From positions 32,001 to 96,000 of the forward strand of contig CAXXVK010000052.1 in the NCBI GenBank assembly GCA_963676915.2: 64,000 nt of DNA, given 5' to 3'. This DNA comes from Myxococcota bacterium (lineage in GTDB: Bacteria; Myxococcota_A; SURF-8; G963663525). Position numbers and translations under genes: made by a program. Positions 21,744 to 31,563 of the stretch are shown piece after piece. The notes beneath the pieces are model-generated. The model did no database searches. It was not told the origin of the DNA and was given only the letters and a program-made list of their open reading frames with translations. Position 1 is the stretch's first letter. Every line of letters begins with the position of its first letter.

Positions 21744-22274
21744 CTACTTGACAAAACTCAGGTCCAGGTTCTCCTCTGCAGCGAGATCGAGCAGTTCCCT
21801 CTTCACTTCGGAAATGGGCGAGGATTCGGGAACGGTCGCAATGAGTTTGAGATTGAACAAAGGAACGGCACTGATCGGAGCCTGGGTAACCTCGGTATCG
21901 AGGCGTTCGATATTTACGTCATATTGATGGAGCAGATGAACCACGGTTTTCACGATGCCCGGATGGTCCATTGCGGTGATTTCGAAACGCAAGGGTAATG
22001 CGGCCCGGCGAGGTTTGGAATCCGTCTGGCGAACGTCGTACACCGAAGCGGAAAGCCCCACACCCTCCAATTGCCTGATATCGTCCCGAATCGAACGTTC
22101 CTCTTCGGGAGAACAGGTACACAAGCAGGTAATCGTGAACTGCCCTCCCATAACCGCCATTCGACTGTCTTCGATGTTGGCGTTTCGCTCCGTCAGATAC
22201 TGGGTGACATCTTTTACGATTCCGGGGCGATCCAGGCCGATGACAAAAAAGATCATTTTTGAAAGCATCGTCAC
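21744..22274 (-). CDS. gcvR: Double ACT domain protein, GcvR-like
   Basis: GLDRPGIV...NIEDSRM and AMDHPGIV...NIE. Confidence 0.8.
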   Translation of the reverse strand: MTMLSKMIFFVIGLDRPGIVKDVTQYLTERNANIEDSRMAVMGGQFTITCLCTCSPEEERSIRDDIRQLEGVGLSASVYDVRQTDSKPRRAALPLRFEITAMDHPGIVKTVVHLLHQYDVNIERLDTEVTQAPISAVPLFNLKLIATVPESSPISEVKRELLDLAAEENLDLSFVK

Positions 22275-22313
22275 ATTCCCCTTGTTTTCCGGTCTATCCC
22301 ATTCGCACCAAAA

Positions 22314-24098
22314 TCATTCCGGCGCGTTTTCCTGTTTTTTCCTTTTGACACTCACATGAAGGTTATCAAGCTGCTTTTCATCCACTGGCGACGGAGCGCC
22401 GGTCATCAGGCAACTACCACTCGTGGTTTTCGGGAACGCGATGACATCACGAATCGAATCCGTCCCTGAAAGCAGCATGACGATGCGGTCCACACCCAAA
22501 GCAAGTCCACCGTGCGGCGGCGCTCCAAAACGCATGGCTTCGAGCAGAAAACCGAACTTGGCTTTGGCTTCCTCTTCAGAAAGTCCAATAACTTCAAAGA
22601 TTTTCTTCTGAACGTCCTCCCGATGGATACGGATAGATCCACCGCCCACCTCGTTGCCGTTCAATACGACATCATAGGCTCGGGAAAGCACTTTTCCCGG
22701 ATCGGAATCGAGCAACGGCAGGTCTTCGAGACGAGGCGAGGTAAAGGGATGGTGCAACGCCACCCAACGTTGTTCCTCTTCGTCGAACTCGAATCCTGGG
22801 AAGTCGGTAACCCACGTAAAGGCGTAGACATTCGGGTCGATCAAGCCCATTTCTCCGGCCAAATGCACACGCAAACGGCCCAGAGATTCATTGACTACCC
22901 CGGATTTCGGATCGGCAACGAACAGCAGCAAGTCGCCGGTTTCCGCTTCCAATTTCGAGGCAATCGCGGCTTTGACATCCTCGGGCAGCTTTTTCGCCAA
23001 CGGTCCCTGCCAAGCGCTATCCTCTTTGATTTTCGCCCACATCAAACCTTTGGCTCCGAATTCGCCGACATAGGCCGTCAGAGCGTCGATCTGTTTCCGG
23101 CTGCGTGCACCCTGCCCTTTCGCGTTGAGTCCCTTGACGATTCCCCCATTTTCCAGGGCAGAGCTAAAGATAACGAAATCACTGTTTTTGACTTCATCCG
23201 ACAGGTTCTTCAACTCCATGGCGAAACGCACGTCCGGTGCGTCTCTGCCGTAGCGGTCCATCGCCTCGGCATAGGTCATTCGCGGGAAAGGCGTGGAAAT
23301 CTCGATGTCTCTCAGTTCTTTGAAAACCAGCGCGAACAGCCCCTCGATCAACTCGTAAATTTCCTCTTCGTTGGCGAACGCCAATTCAAGGTCCACCTGT
23401 GTGAATTCCGGTTGGCGATCGGCACGAAAATCCTCGTCTCGGAAACAGCGCGTAATCTGGCAATAGCGATCGTAGCCCGCGATCATCAGAATCTGCTTGA
23501 AAAGCTGTGGCGACTGCGGCAGCGCGTACCATTCGCCTTCGTGAATTCTCGACGGCACCAGGAAATCCCGAGCACCTTCCGGCGTGCTTTTGGTCAAAAT
23601 CGGGGTTTCGATCTCCAAAAAGCCGTGATCGCTGAAATAGTTTCGCACCAACTGGTTGAATCGATGACGCATGATGATGCGTTTTTGCAGCGGGCGGCGG
23701 CGAAGATCCAAGTAGCGGTATTCCAAACGCAGGTTTTCTCCCGCATTGGTTTCGTCTTCCACCTGAACGGGAAGCGGATCGCTTTGAGCGAGGATTTCGA
23801 CGTTCTGGGCAACGATTTCAACCAATCCGGTAGGAATATTGGTGTTGACGTTTTCCCGCTTTACGACTTCACCCTCTACGGCCAAAACGAATTCGTTACG
23901 AATGGCTTTGATCGCTTCCATCCGATCGCCGAAAATTTTCGGATCGATCACGATTTGTGTAATCCCATAGCGGTCGCGCAGGTCGATGAACAGAACTCCG
24001 CCATAATCCCGAGCGGTATTGACCCAGCCTTTAAGAACGACATTCTGACCGATATCCGTCTCCCGAAGTTCTCCGCAAGTATGCGTTCTCTTCGTCAT
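22314..24098 (-). CDS. aspS: Aspartate--tRNA ligase
   Basis: [65 protein letters not shown]. Confidence 0.98.
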   Translation of the reverse strand: MTKRTHTCGELRETDIGQNVVLKGWVNTARDYGGVLFIDLRDRYGITQIVIDPKIFGDRMEAIKAIRNEFVLAVEGEVVKRENVNTNIPTGLVEIVAQNVEILAQSDPLPVQVEDETNAGENLRLEYRYLDLRRRPLQKRIIMRHRFNQLVRNYFSDHGFLEIETPILTKSTPEGARDFLVPSRIHEGEWYALPQSPQLFKQILMIAGYDRYCQITRCFRDEDFRADRQPEFTQVDLELAFANEEEIYELIEGLFALVFKELRDIEISTPFPRMTYAEAMDRYGRDAPDVRFAMELKNLSDEVKNSDFVIFSSALENGGIVKGLNAKGQGARSRKQIDALTAYVGEFGAKGLMWAKIKEDSAWQGPLAKKLPEDVKAAIASKLEAETGDLLLFVADPKSGVVNESLGRLRVHLAGEMGLIDPNVYAFTWVTDFPGFEFDEEEQRWVALHHPFTSPRLEDLPLLDSDPGKVLSRAYDVVLNGNEVGGGSIRIHREDVQKKIFEVIGLSEEEAKAKFGFLLEAMRFGAPPHGGLALGVDRIVMLLSGTDSIRDVIAFPKTTSGSCLMTGAPSPVDEKQLDNLHVSVKRKKQENAPE

Positions 24099-24313
24099 TT
24101 CAAGCAATTGTGACACGTTTACACTCCAGTTTCGATGTGGACCGCAGTCCAAGACTTATCAATCATTCAAGAGAATCAAGAAGAAGCTTCAATGTACCAA
24201 CGCCACGACAGGGAAATCAAGGGAATCTGCATCTTGAAACCGTCAATTTCAGCAAAAATATTCACGCTTGGAATCTTTTGAAAAAAATAAGGTCAAAGCA
24301 TAAAAAATAAATC

Positions 24314-24342
24314 TTGACTTCCATGCGAAGTTTCCCTAAAAG
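24314..24342 (+). promoter_or_regulatory. Sigma70-type promoter of the tRNA operon
   Basis: TTGACT-17bp-TAAAAG with an A-rich upstream tract. Confidence 0.55.
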
Positions 24343-24361
24343 AGTTGTCACCTTCGCATTT

Positions 24362-24438
24362 GGGCGGGTAGCTCAGTTGGTTAGAGCACCGGCCTTACAA
24401 GCCGGGGGTCCTCGGTTCAAATCCGAGTCCGCCCACCA
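24362..24438 (+). tRNA. tRNA-Val(TAC)
   Basis: Cloverleaf; anticodon arm ccggc-cttacaa-gccgg; GGTTCAAATCC; encoded CCA. Confidence 0.97.
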
Positions 24439-24475
24439 AGCGGTCCGGACGACCGATGGATTGAAAACGGAATAC

Positions 24476-24552
24476 GGGGTGGTAGTTAAGTTGGTTATAA
24501 CGCTGGCCTGTCAAGCCAGAGGCCGCGGGTTCAAGTCCCGTCCACCCCGCCA
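24476..24552 (+). tRNA. tRNA-Asp(GTC)
   Basis: Acceptor ggggtgg/ccacccc, anticodon arm ctggc-ctgtcaa-gccag, G discriminator, CCA. Confidence 0.97.
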
Positions 24553-24554
24553 CC

Positions 24555-24597
24555 AAAAAACCGGCCCCATTCACGATGGAGCCGGTTTTCTTTTTTC
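24555..24597. terminator. Bidirectional terminator after tRNAs
   Basis: aaaaaaccggc...gccggttttctttttt. Confidence 0.8.
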
Positions 24598-24618
24598 AAT
24601 CCTCGGTCCCGGACTATT

Positions 24619-25587
24619 TTATCCTTCAAGCTTTTTCGTAGTTTCCCCGTCTACTTTCTCTTTTGCGATTTCCGCCATAGCCGTCAATGAGCCCAAAACA
24701 CCGGTTGCTTCGTAGGGAATGAACAGCTTGGCGCTCGGTGTATTGGCAACTTTTTCCAGTGTTTCCAGGTACTTGATTGCCACAACACCCTTGTCCGCCT
24801 TCCCGTCATGAATTCCTTTGAACGTTGCTCGGATGGCGTCGGCCTTGGCGGCTGCCACTTCACGAATCGCCTGAGCCTCACCCTCGGCATCGAGAATCTG
24901 CGCCCGGCGGCGACCTTCGGCGGCAGCGATGGCGGCATCGCGTTCACCTTCAGCCAACAGAATCTGTGATTTGCGCTTTCCTTCCGCCTCGGTAACGGTA
25001 GCTCTACGGAAACGCTCGGCTTTCATCTGACGACTCATGGCCTCTTCGATTTCGCTAGGCGGATGAATGTTTTTCAGCTCGACACGATTGACCTTGATAC
25101 CCCATTTGTCGGTGGCTTCGTCGAGGGTAGCGCGCAACTTGCTGTTAACCGTCTCCCGACTGGTCAACGCCTGATCGAGTTCCAGCTCGCCCATAACGTT
25201 ACGCATACTGGTAATGGCCAATTGACGAATGGCGAGACTGACGTCTTCGATTTCGTAGCTGGCACGAATCGGATCGGCGATCTGATAATAAATCACCGAA
25301 TCCACCTGCATGGTTACGTTGTCATTGGTAATCACCGGTTGCGGTGGAAAATCCATCACCTGCTCGCGCAAATCGATACGGCGATTGTAGCGTCCTTCAA
25401 GACGGAACAGTCGGGCTTTTTCGATAAACGGCCAGATATAATGCAGACCCGAATCCAACAAACGGTCGAATTTTCCAAGTCGTTCCACAACCACGGCCTG
25501 AGCCTGCTGCACGACAGTCAAGCCGGAAACGGCCAAAATGATTACAAGTCCGAAAATCACGAGCAAAACAACGATAAATGCACCCAT
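24619..25587 (-). CDS. SPFH/stomatin (band 7, QmcA-like) protein
   Basis: VVERLGKF, IDLREQV, DNVTMQVD, KWGIKVNRVE, QMKAER. Confidence 0.95.
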   Translation of the reverse strand: MGAFIVVLLVIFGLVIILAVSGLTVVQQAQAVVVERLGKFDRLLDSGLHYIWPFIEKARLFRLEGRYNRRIDLREQVMDFPPQPVITNDNVTMQVDSVIYYQIADPIRASYEIEDVSLAIRQLAITSMRNVMGELELDQALTSRETVNSKLRATLDEATDKWGIKVNRVELKNIHPPSEIEEAMSRQMKAERFRRATVTEAEGKRKSQILLAEGERDAAIAAAEGRRRAQILDAEGEAQAIREVAAAKADAIRATFKGIHDGKADKGVVAIKYLETLEKVANTPSAKLFIPYEATGVLGSLTAMAEIAKEKVDGETTKKLEG

Positions 25588-25692
25588 TCCTGTTTCCTCC
25601 CATAAAAAGGTTTCGGCAAGCGAGTTTCACTCACCATTCAACTTCAAATTCACATTCTTCGTTGGACAATCAACACCAACATGTTGTTATTT

Positions 25693-26190
25693 CTAGGATA
25701 ATCCCTCATTTTCTTCCGGAAGTGACACCACAAGCTTGGCTCCGTCCACTTTACGAACAACCACTTTGCCCCCTTCGGCGAGTTCCTCGTCATTGGCACC
25801 GATAGCCGACCAGATTTCCCCACCAACTTTGACTTCCCCGCGCTGGAATTCACCCTTTATGGGCTTCACAACCCAGGCAGTCTGACCGATCAGGCGATCC
25901 ACGCCGGTCTTCAATTCATCGTCTTTGGATTTCTTTATGTACTTTCGATACGCCCATTGCATGGAAAACACACAAACGGCACTACCAAAAACGAAAATTC
26001 CGAGCTGAATGTAAAATGGAGCTTCAAGACCTGCAAACAGCGCGGTAACGTAGGCCGCCACACTGAAAGGCAACGCCCAAAACCCAGTGGTGAATACTTC
26101 GACAATCAGCATGATCGTTGCGAAAATCACCCAGAAATGAACCCAGCCCAGCGAATGCAGAAAAGCGTCCATCGATGGTTCCTTTTTCAT
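25693..26190 (-). CDS. NfeD-family (YbbJ-like) protein
   Basis: TM segments plus OB domain GEVKVGGEIWSA; upstream of SPFH gene. Confidence 0.9.
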   Translation of the reverse strand: MKKEPSMDAFLHSLGWVHFWVIFATIMLIVEVFTTGFWALPFSVAAYVTALFAGLEAPFYIQLGIFVFGSAVCVFSMQWAYRKYIKKSKDDELKTGVDRLIGQTAWVVKPIKGEFQRGEVKVGGEIWSAIGANDEELAEGGKVVVRKVDGAKLVVSLPEENEGLS

Positions 26191-26267
26191 GCGGTTTTCA
26201 AGAACGGAAGCGGTACGAGTCGTTCCTTTGTATCATGACGCCTCTTCGTGTGCAAGCTGTAACGGCC

Positions 26268-26296
26268 TTGCGTCTCTTGGAGGCTCGCGTTATGCT
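26268..26296 (+). promoter_or_regulatory. Sigma70-type promoter of selB
   Basis: TTGCGT-17bp-TATGCT, 65 bp upstream of ATG. Confidence 0.55.
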
Positions 26297-26360
26297 TCTT
26301 TTGCAAAAAGGCGTCGTCCAATGCGCCTTTGAATCATTCTCCATATTTTAAAGGAACACC

Positions 26361-28313
26361 ATGAGCCAGCCGACTCTTATCTGCACCGCCGGTCATATCG
26401 ATCACGGAAAGTCCAGCATGATCCGGGCTTTGACGGGTTACGACCCTGACCGATGGAAGGAAGAAAAGGAACGGGGTATCACCATCGACCTGGGATATGC
26501 CCACCTGGAAGGCAATATCGAACTGATCGACGTACCGGGCCACGAGAAATTCATCCGCAACATGGTCGCCGGAGCTTCTACGGTCGATTACGCTTTGCTC
26601 GTAATCGCCGCCGATGACGGCATCATGCCGCAAACCCGCGAACATTTTCAGATTTTGCAGCTTCTGGGAGTCAAAGGCGGCTTGGTAGTGCTCACCAAAT
26701 GCGATCTGGTGGAAGAGGATTGGATCGATCTCGTCGAAGACGACATCCGGCAGTTTCTCGATGATAACGGCTGGGAAGATACTCCCATCCATCGTATCGA
26801 CAGCCTCAGCGGCAAAGGAATCCCCGAACTCAAGCAATTGCTGCTCGAATTGGCGAAAACCAAGCAAAACCTCAAAGGTGCCGCAGCGTTTCGTCTGCCG
26901 GTGGATCGAGCGTTTACGGTCAAGGGATTCGGTACGGTGGTGACCGGTTCCGTCGTTCAAGGACGATGCCGGGTCGGCGACGAATTGGAACTGTTACCGA
27001 ACGAAAAGCCGGTCAGAGTCCGAGGTTTGCAAAACCATGGCAAAACGGTCGAGGAGGTCAGCGCCGGTATGCGCGCAGCGATGAACCTGCATCCGCTGTC
27101 GGTGGATGAAGTGGACCGGGGAACGGCGGTCGCCGAAAAAGGTTTTTTGCAGACCAGCCAGACGTTCGACGCTCATTTCCATCTATTGGACGATCAACCA
27201 CCGGTCAAACACCGGCAAGAAATCCGCATACATCTGGGCTGCGCCGATATTTTAGGTCACTTGTATCTATATGAAATGAAAGTTCTCGAACCGGGTGGAG
27301 AAGCCCTGTGCCGGATTCAATTGGAAAAACCATTGGGAATGCGACGCCAGGACCGCTTCGTCATCCGGCGGGTCAGTCCACAATCCACACTAGGCGGCGG
27401 ATTCGTTATCGATCCGGCTCCCCGTGCCATGAAACGCAAGGCCGAGGTGCTGGCTATCCTGGAAAGCTGCCGTTCCGACGACGCACCCAAGCGTCTCGAA
27501 GGCATCATTCGCTCTGCACGAGAAATCAGCCTGAAGGATCTTTTCACCCGCAGTGACATGCCGGAAAACGAAACCCTGGACCTGCTCTTCGACCTCGAAC
27601 TGGCCGAGCGCATCGTGCGATTCGAACAAAACAGCGAACCGCACTTTGCCCCGGTGGAACAAGTGGACAGCTTTGCCGACACCTGTCAGCAAGCCCTTGA
27701 AAGTTTTCACAAGAAAAATCCCTACCGTTTGGGAATTCGTCGGGACGAACTGATCAGCCGAGTAAAATTCCAGGGATCGAAAAAACTGGCTCGACGCCTG
27801 CTCGATCTGGCCAGCGCCAAGGGATTGCTGGAAAATCCGGCAAAACTTGTCTATCGGCAAGCGGGTCACGAAACGCAATTGACGAAAAAAGAGAAAAACT
27901 GGCTCGCCGAGATCGAATCCAGCTTACGAAAAGGTGGAACCGCCCCTGCCTCTCCCAAGGAACTTGCAGCACGAACCGGAGCACCGTTAGGAACGATTCG
28001 CGGACTGATGATGTACTTGACGGATATGGGAAAAGCCGTGGCGCTGGAAAGTGACATCGTGTTGTCCAGCGAAGCGATCGACGGGGCCAAGCGCAGTCTT
28101 TGTCGCTTGTTGTCCGAGAAGAAGAATTTTAGTGTCTCGGAATACAAAGAAGCGATTGGAAGCTCACGTAAGTTCGTGATTCCACTATTGAATCGCTTTG
28201 ATGCCGAAGGTTGGACCCTGCGCAACGAGGATGTACGAGGTCCGGGAAAGAATTTCGATCGACTGGTAGCCGAATGCGCCGCCCCTGATTCCTCCCCGAG
28301 TGAGGAGGAATAG
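26361..28313 (+). CDS. selB: Selenocysteine-specific elongation factor SelB
   Basis: TAGHIDHGKS, EEKERGITIDLG, DVPGHEKF, RLPVDRAF, C-terminal winged helices with SRKFVIPLL..FD. Confidence 0.95.
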   Translation: MSQPTLICTAGHIDHGKSSMIRALTGYDPDRWKEEKERGITIDLGYAHLEGNIELIDVPGHEKFIRNMVAGASTVDYALLVIAADDGIMPQTREHFQILQLLGVKGGLVVLTKCDLVEEDWIDLVEDDIRQFLDDNGWEDTPIHRIDSLSGKGIPELKQLLLELAKTKQNLKGAAAFRLPVDRAFTVKGFGTVVTGSVVQGRCRVGDELELLPNEKPVRVRGLQNHGKTVEEVSAGMRAAMNLHPLSVDEVDRGTAVAEKGFLQTSQTFDAHFHLLDDQPPVKHRQEIRIHLGCADILGHLYLYEMKVLEPGGEALCRIQLEKPLGMRRQDRFVIRRVSPQSTLGGGFVIDPAPRAMKRKAEVLAILESCRSDDAPKRLEGIIRSAREISLKDLFTRSDMPENETLDLLFDLELAERIVRFEQNSEPHFAPVEQVDSFADTCQQALESFHKKNPYRLGIRRDELISRVKFQGSKKLARRLLDLASAKGLLENPAKLVYRQAGHETQLTKKEKNWLAEIESSLRKGGTAPASPKELAARTGAPLGTIRGLMMYLTDMGKAVALESDIVLSSEAIDGAKRSLCRLLSEKKNFSVSEYKEAIGSSRKFVIPLLNRFDAEGWTLRNEDVRGPGKNFDRLVAECAAPDSSPSEEE

Positions 28314-28338
28314 AGCTAACAGGCACTGAAATCAGAAA

Positions 28339-28782
28339 TCAGCGGACGTCGCGCACGCAACGCACACAATGCGGACGACCTTTGGAACCGAATCCCGACA
28401 GTCCGCTATCGAAAAAGACGACCCAGGCATCGTCGGAAGAATCATCGAAATTGCTTTGGCTCCAGTAGGCTTTCGAAGAGCTGCGGAAAAAGCGGGTGTT
28501 GATCGCAGGATTGTTTTTTTCACGGTCCACGATGGTTTCCAACTCATCGATGGTCGGCAAATGCCAGTCTTCATGTCCATTGAGGCTCAGGTTTTCACAA
28601 TAAGCCATGGCCGAGCGCCAGGCTTTTCCTTCCGAATAATCGGACTGCCACATTTTTCCGGCGTTTTGGTCGATCACCGTGCCATCGCCAGTCGAAGAAA
28701 ACTGTCCGACTCCGTAAGCGAACAAAGGAATCGAAACGATCACAAGAAGGAAAGCCAGGGAAATCATACGTTTGGGGGTCAT
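28339..28782 (-). CDS. Secreted DUF1566 (Lcl C-terminal) domain protein
   Basis: Signal peptide; DGTVID...MWQ, YCENL..NGHEDWHLPTIDEL, YWS, AWVV.F, VRCVR. Confidence 0.9.
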   Translation of the reverse strand: MTPKRMISLAFLLVIVSIPLFAYGVGQFSSTGDGTVIDQNAGKMWQSDYSEGKAWRSAMAYCENLSLNGHEDWHLPTIDELETIVDREKNNPAINTRFFRSSSKAYWSQSNFDDSSDDAWVVFFDSGLSGFGSKGRPHCVRCVRDVR

Positions 28783-29094
28783 GGCGGCCTCACAGGGGTT
28801 GGAGATTCAAGTTGCGACTATATAACCTTTTCTTCCATATAGTCCGGCTTTCGCATAATGCAAACACCGTACCATTGCTTATTTTCTTTCAACCTATTGA
28901 ATTGTCTTGGGATTTTCTTACGATCGAACCGAAAGGAAGAAAGAGAACCCAACGCAGCAACGAAAATAATTCGTTGTTTCGTACATCAGACGAAGGATAT
29001 GCGAAAATCTATGTTTGTTTTTTCGATTTCTTTTATTTTTTTGAAAAAGGTTGAAACGGTCCCTGAAATTGGAAGGGATTCTCCAAGCTTTTCA

Positions 29095-30537
29095 CTAAAA
29101 ACGATCCGTTCCCCGAACGATATCGACAACGGATCGAGCAGCGAAACGAGCCATCCGACGATTGGCGTTGGCAGCGATCAAACGAGCGAATCCTAGCGCA
29201 ACCTGTGGTCTGAAATAGAAAGAGCGCAAGAAGCGTCCCTGCCATACCACAAGATCGTCCCGCGTATGGGTCCATGGAAGACGAACCCAGGGCAACTCGG
29301 AACGATCCGTGTACCAGTCTCCCATGAGCGTACCGTCTCGTTCGGCATCGAAATAGACTTGCGTACCGGGATAAGGCTTTAGAATCTCTAACGAAACGGC
29401 GTCAAGAGGCAGGCTTTTCGCAAACTCGATGGAACGGCGAATCGTCTGCGGTGTCTCTCCCGGATAACCAATGAAGAAGCCGCCATGCACCCGCATTCCG
29501 GCTTCTTTGGCCAGTGTCACGGCACGCCGAGCATCCTCGATGGTGGCCCCTTTGTTCATCGCTTCCAACAAACCCGGATCGCCCGATTCCAGTCCGAAAC
29601 TGATCATCCGCACTCCGGCTTTGTAAGCATGCCGCAGCAGATCTCTGTCCACACCATCCGTACGTGACTTGATGAACAGTTCGAGATCCAAGCCATCCCG
29701 AAGCATCCAATCGAACACTTTTCGCGCCCGCGAACGTAACAAGGTGAAGTGATCGTCATCTACATCGAGATACCGCACTCCTTTTTCGTAAAGCTGCGTA
29801 ATCTCCAAATAAATATTCTCTGCCGAACGAAAATACACGCCCGTCCGTGCAGAATTGTAACAAAAATGGCAGTTCTTCGGACAACCGCGTCCGGTAACGA
29901 TGCTATCGAAGGGGCGCGTGGTGAATAATTGGTAATAGCGATCCGCTTCGAAGACATCGGCCACCAGAGAGCGATCGGGAAACGCCAACTCATCGACCTT
30001 CGAAGTATCGACACTCCCCTGCCCTATCGCGATTTCTCCATTTTTCCTGTAATAACAGCCTGGTACGTTGTTTGGTTCTTGCCCAGCGGCTATCGCTTCT
30101 ACCAGCATACACAAAGTCTGTTCGGCATATCCCGACAACAGTGCATCGGCTTCGGGAATGTCTTGCATCGTCCGTTCAGGCCAGGCCGTGGCATGAAGTC
30201 CACCCAGAACGATGGGAGTTTGAGGAAGGGCCTCGCGCACGGCACGAATAAGTTGTGCCGTCGGGTACAGAATATCGGAAAACACGGGAAAACCGACGAC
30301 CCCTGGTTCCATCCGACGCAGGGTTTCGACAATACGGGAAGGCGTCAGGTTCCAGGCGTTGGCGTCCAAAACCTTCACGCCATGGCCTTCTCGTTCGAGT
30401 GCAGCACCCAGGTACAAGAGGTTTTTCGGAGGATGCACTTTTTTGGCCATGCGATGGGGATCGACACGCGGAGGATTGACCAACACGACGCCGGAACCAC
30501 CTAACATACCGTGTTCTTTAGGATTTCCAGGCATCAT
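29095..30537 (-). CDS. B12-binding radical SAM protein
   Basis: N-terminal cobalamin-binding domain (LDAN, GGLHAT), GRGCPKNCHFC, DDHF, GLESG, GYPGET, PYPGT. Confidence 0.92.
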   Translation of the reverse strand: MMPGNPKEHGMLGGSGVVLVNPPRVDPHRMAKKVHPPKNLLYLGAALEREGHGVKVLDANAWNLTPSRIVETLRRMEPGVVGFPVFSDILYPTAQLIRAVREALPQTPIVLGGLHATAWPERTMQDIPEADALLSGYAEQTLCMLVEAIAAGQEPNNVPGCYYRKNGEIAIGQGSVDTSKVDELAFPDRSLVADVFEADRYYQLFTTRPFDSIVTGRGCPKNCHFCYNSARTGVYFRSAENIYLEITQLYEKGVRYLDVDDDHFTLLRSRARKVFDWMLRDGLDLELFIKSRTDGVDRDLLRHAYKAGVRMISFGLESGDPGLLEAMNKGATIEDARRAVTLAKEAGMRVHGGFFIGYPGETPQTIRRSIEFAKSLPLDAVSLEILKPYPGTQVYFDAERDGTLMGDWYTDRSELPWVRLPWTHTRDDLVVWQGRFLRSFYFRPQVALGFARLIAANANRRMARFAARSVVDIVRGTDRF

Positions 30538-31541
30538 GACTCATCCTTTACAGGCTGGGAAGGCACCGCATTCAAACGAAACGGAAGATGCAGAAGCAGG
30601 ATGGAAGCCACACCCAAACCGGTATCGATGACCACTTCGGACAAATGCATCGCCACCGCCGCCGGAAGCGCTTCGGTGGAGGAGACTCCAAATAACGACA
30701 ACGCCGTCACCACCGCAAAATGGTAGACGCCCAAAGACGTTGGCACGGCGGGAATCGCAGCGGAAAAAGCAACCGCACACATCACCAACAACGTTTCAAA
30801 AACGCTCAATTCTAGACCGAACGCCCGAAGAGCAAAGAAATAAAATGCGAATTTCAAACTCCGCTGAATCAGCGTATAGACAAACGAAACGAGAAAAACT
30901 CTGGCATTCCGAATGGTTGCAAGACCATCCAAAAGTTTATCCAGTGTATTCCCGATTCGGATACGCCACGCAGAAGGCAGATAATCGACCAGTTTTTTCA
31001 ATACAAAACGTGCATGGCGAGGAAACAACGCCAGAGCCAAAAGTCCTAAAGACAAAATTGCCAACCCAATCAGCGGCAATACGTGGAGTTCCGCCGCCAA
31101 GGTCGTACCCGGCTCGATCCAAGAAAGTGCAATGAGAAAAGCCGCGAGCAGCACGCCGAGGTCGAATAGCCTCTCTACCGCCGCAACACCCAAGGATGTG
31201 GCCAAATCAATGCGATGATTTCGAGCAACAAGCCAGGTTCGGTACAACTCGCCCGCACGAGCCGGGATCGCCAGATTAACCAACGTTCCCGCGCAGAGAT
31301 AACCGAACAGAGATGCAGGGGAAATGTGCCGAAACGGCAACAAAAGCGTTCGCCAGCGAAAAGCACGAACGGCGGGAATCGCTGTGTAGGCAGCTAGACC
31401 AAGCACGAAAAGCATTGGATCAAAGCGATTCAACATATCGGATACATTGGAGAATTCCACGTTTCGCACCGCAAGCACGGCAAACAACGCCGATAATGCA
31501 AGCGCTAGCGGAAAACGTATGGAAAAACCTCCGGCTTTCAT
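30534..31541 (-). CDS. UPF0104 / lysylphosphatidylglycerol-synthase TM (flippase-like) protein
   Basis: RAFRW, NLAIPARAGELYR, ERLFD, P...GVY. Confidence 0.88.
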   Translation of the reverse strand: MKAGGFSIRFPLALALSALFAVLAVRNVEFSNVSDMLNRFDPMLFVLGLAAYTAIPAVRAFRWRTLLLPFRHISPASLFGYLCAGTLVNLAIPARAGELYRTWLVARNHRIDLATSLGVAAVERLFDLGVLLAAFLIALSWIEPGTTLAAELHVLPLIGLAILSLGLLALALFPRHARFVLKKLVDYLPSAWRIRIGNTLDKLLDGLATIRNARVFLVSFVYTLIQRSLKFAFYFFALRAFGLELSVFETLLVMCAVAFSAAIPAVPTSLGVYHFAVVTALSLFGVSSTEALPAAVAMHLSEVVIDTGLGVASILLLHLPFRLNAVPSQPVKDES

Positions 31542-31563
31542 GCCGATCCTTTTCGACTAACGG

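Noticed and set aside
24000-24030. AspRS RDYGG instead of RDHGG as a sign of changed tRNA specificity
   Set aside because: A single residue cannot establish discriminating versus non-discriminating status without alignment and asnS/gatCAB context
22512-24113. 533-aa plus-strand ORF and similar long ORFs (35651-37438, 18038-19060, 61357-62445, 3238-4380)
   Set aside because: Antisense or alternate-frame shadows of well-supported genes, with no recognisable motifs
24362-24600. tRNA pair as an island integration site
   Set aside because: No integrase and no duplicated tRNA 3' end found in the window
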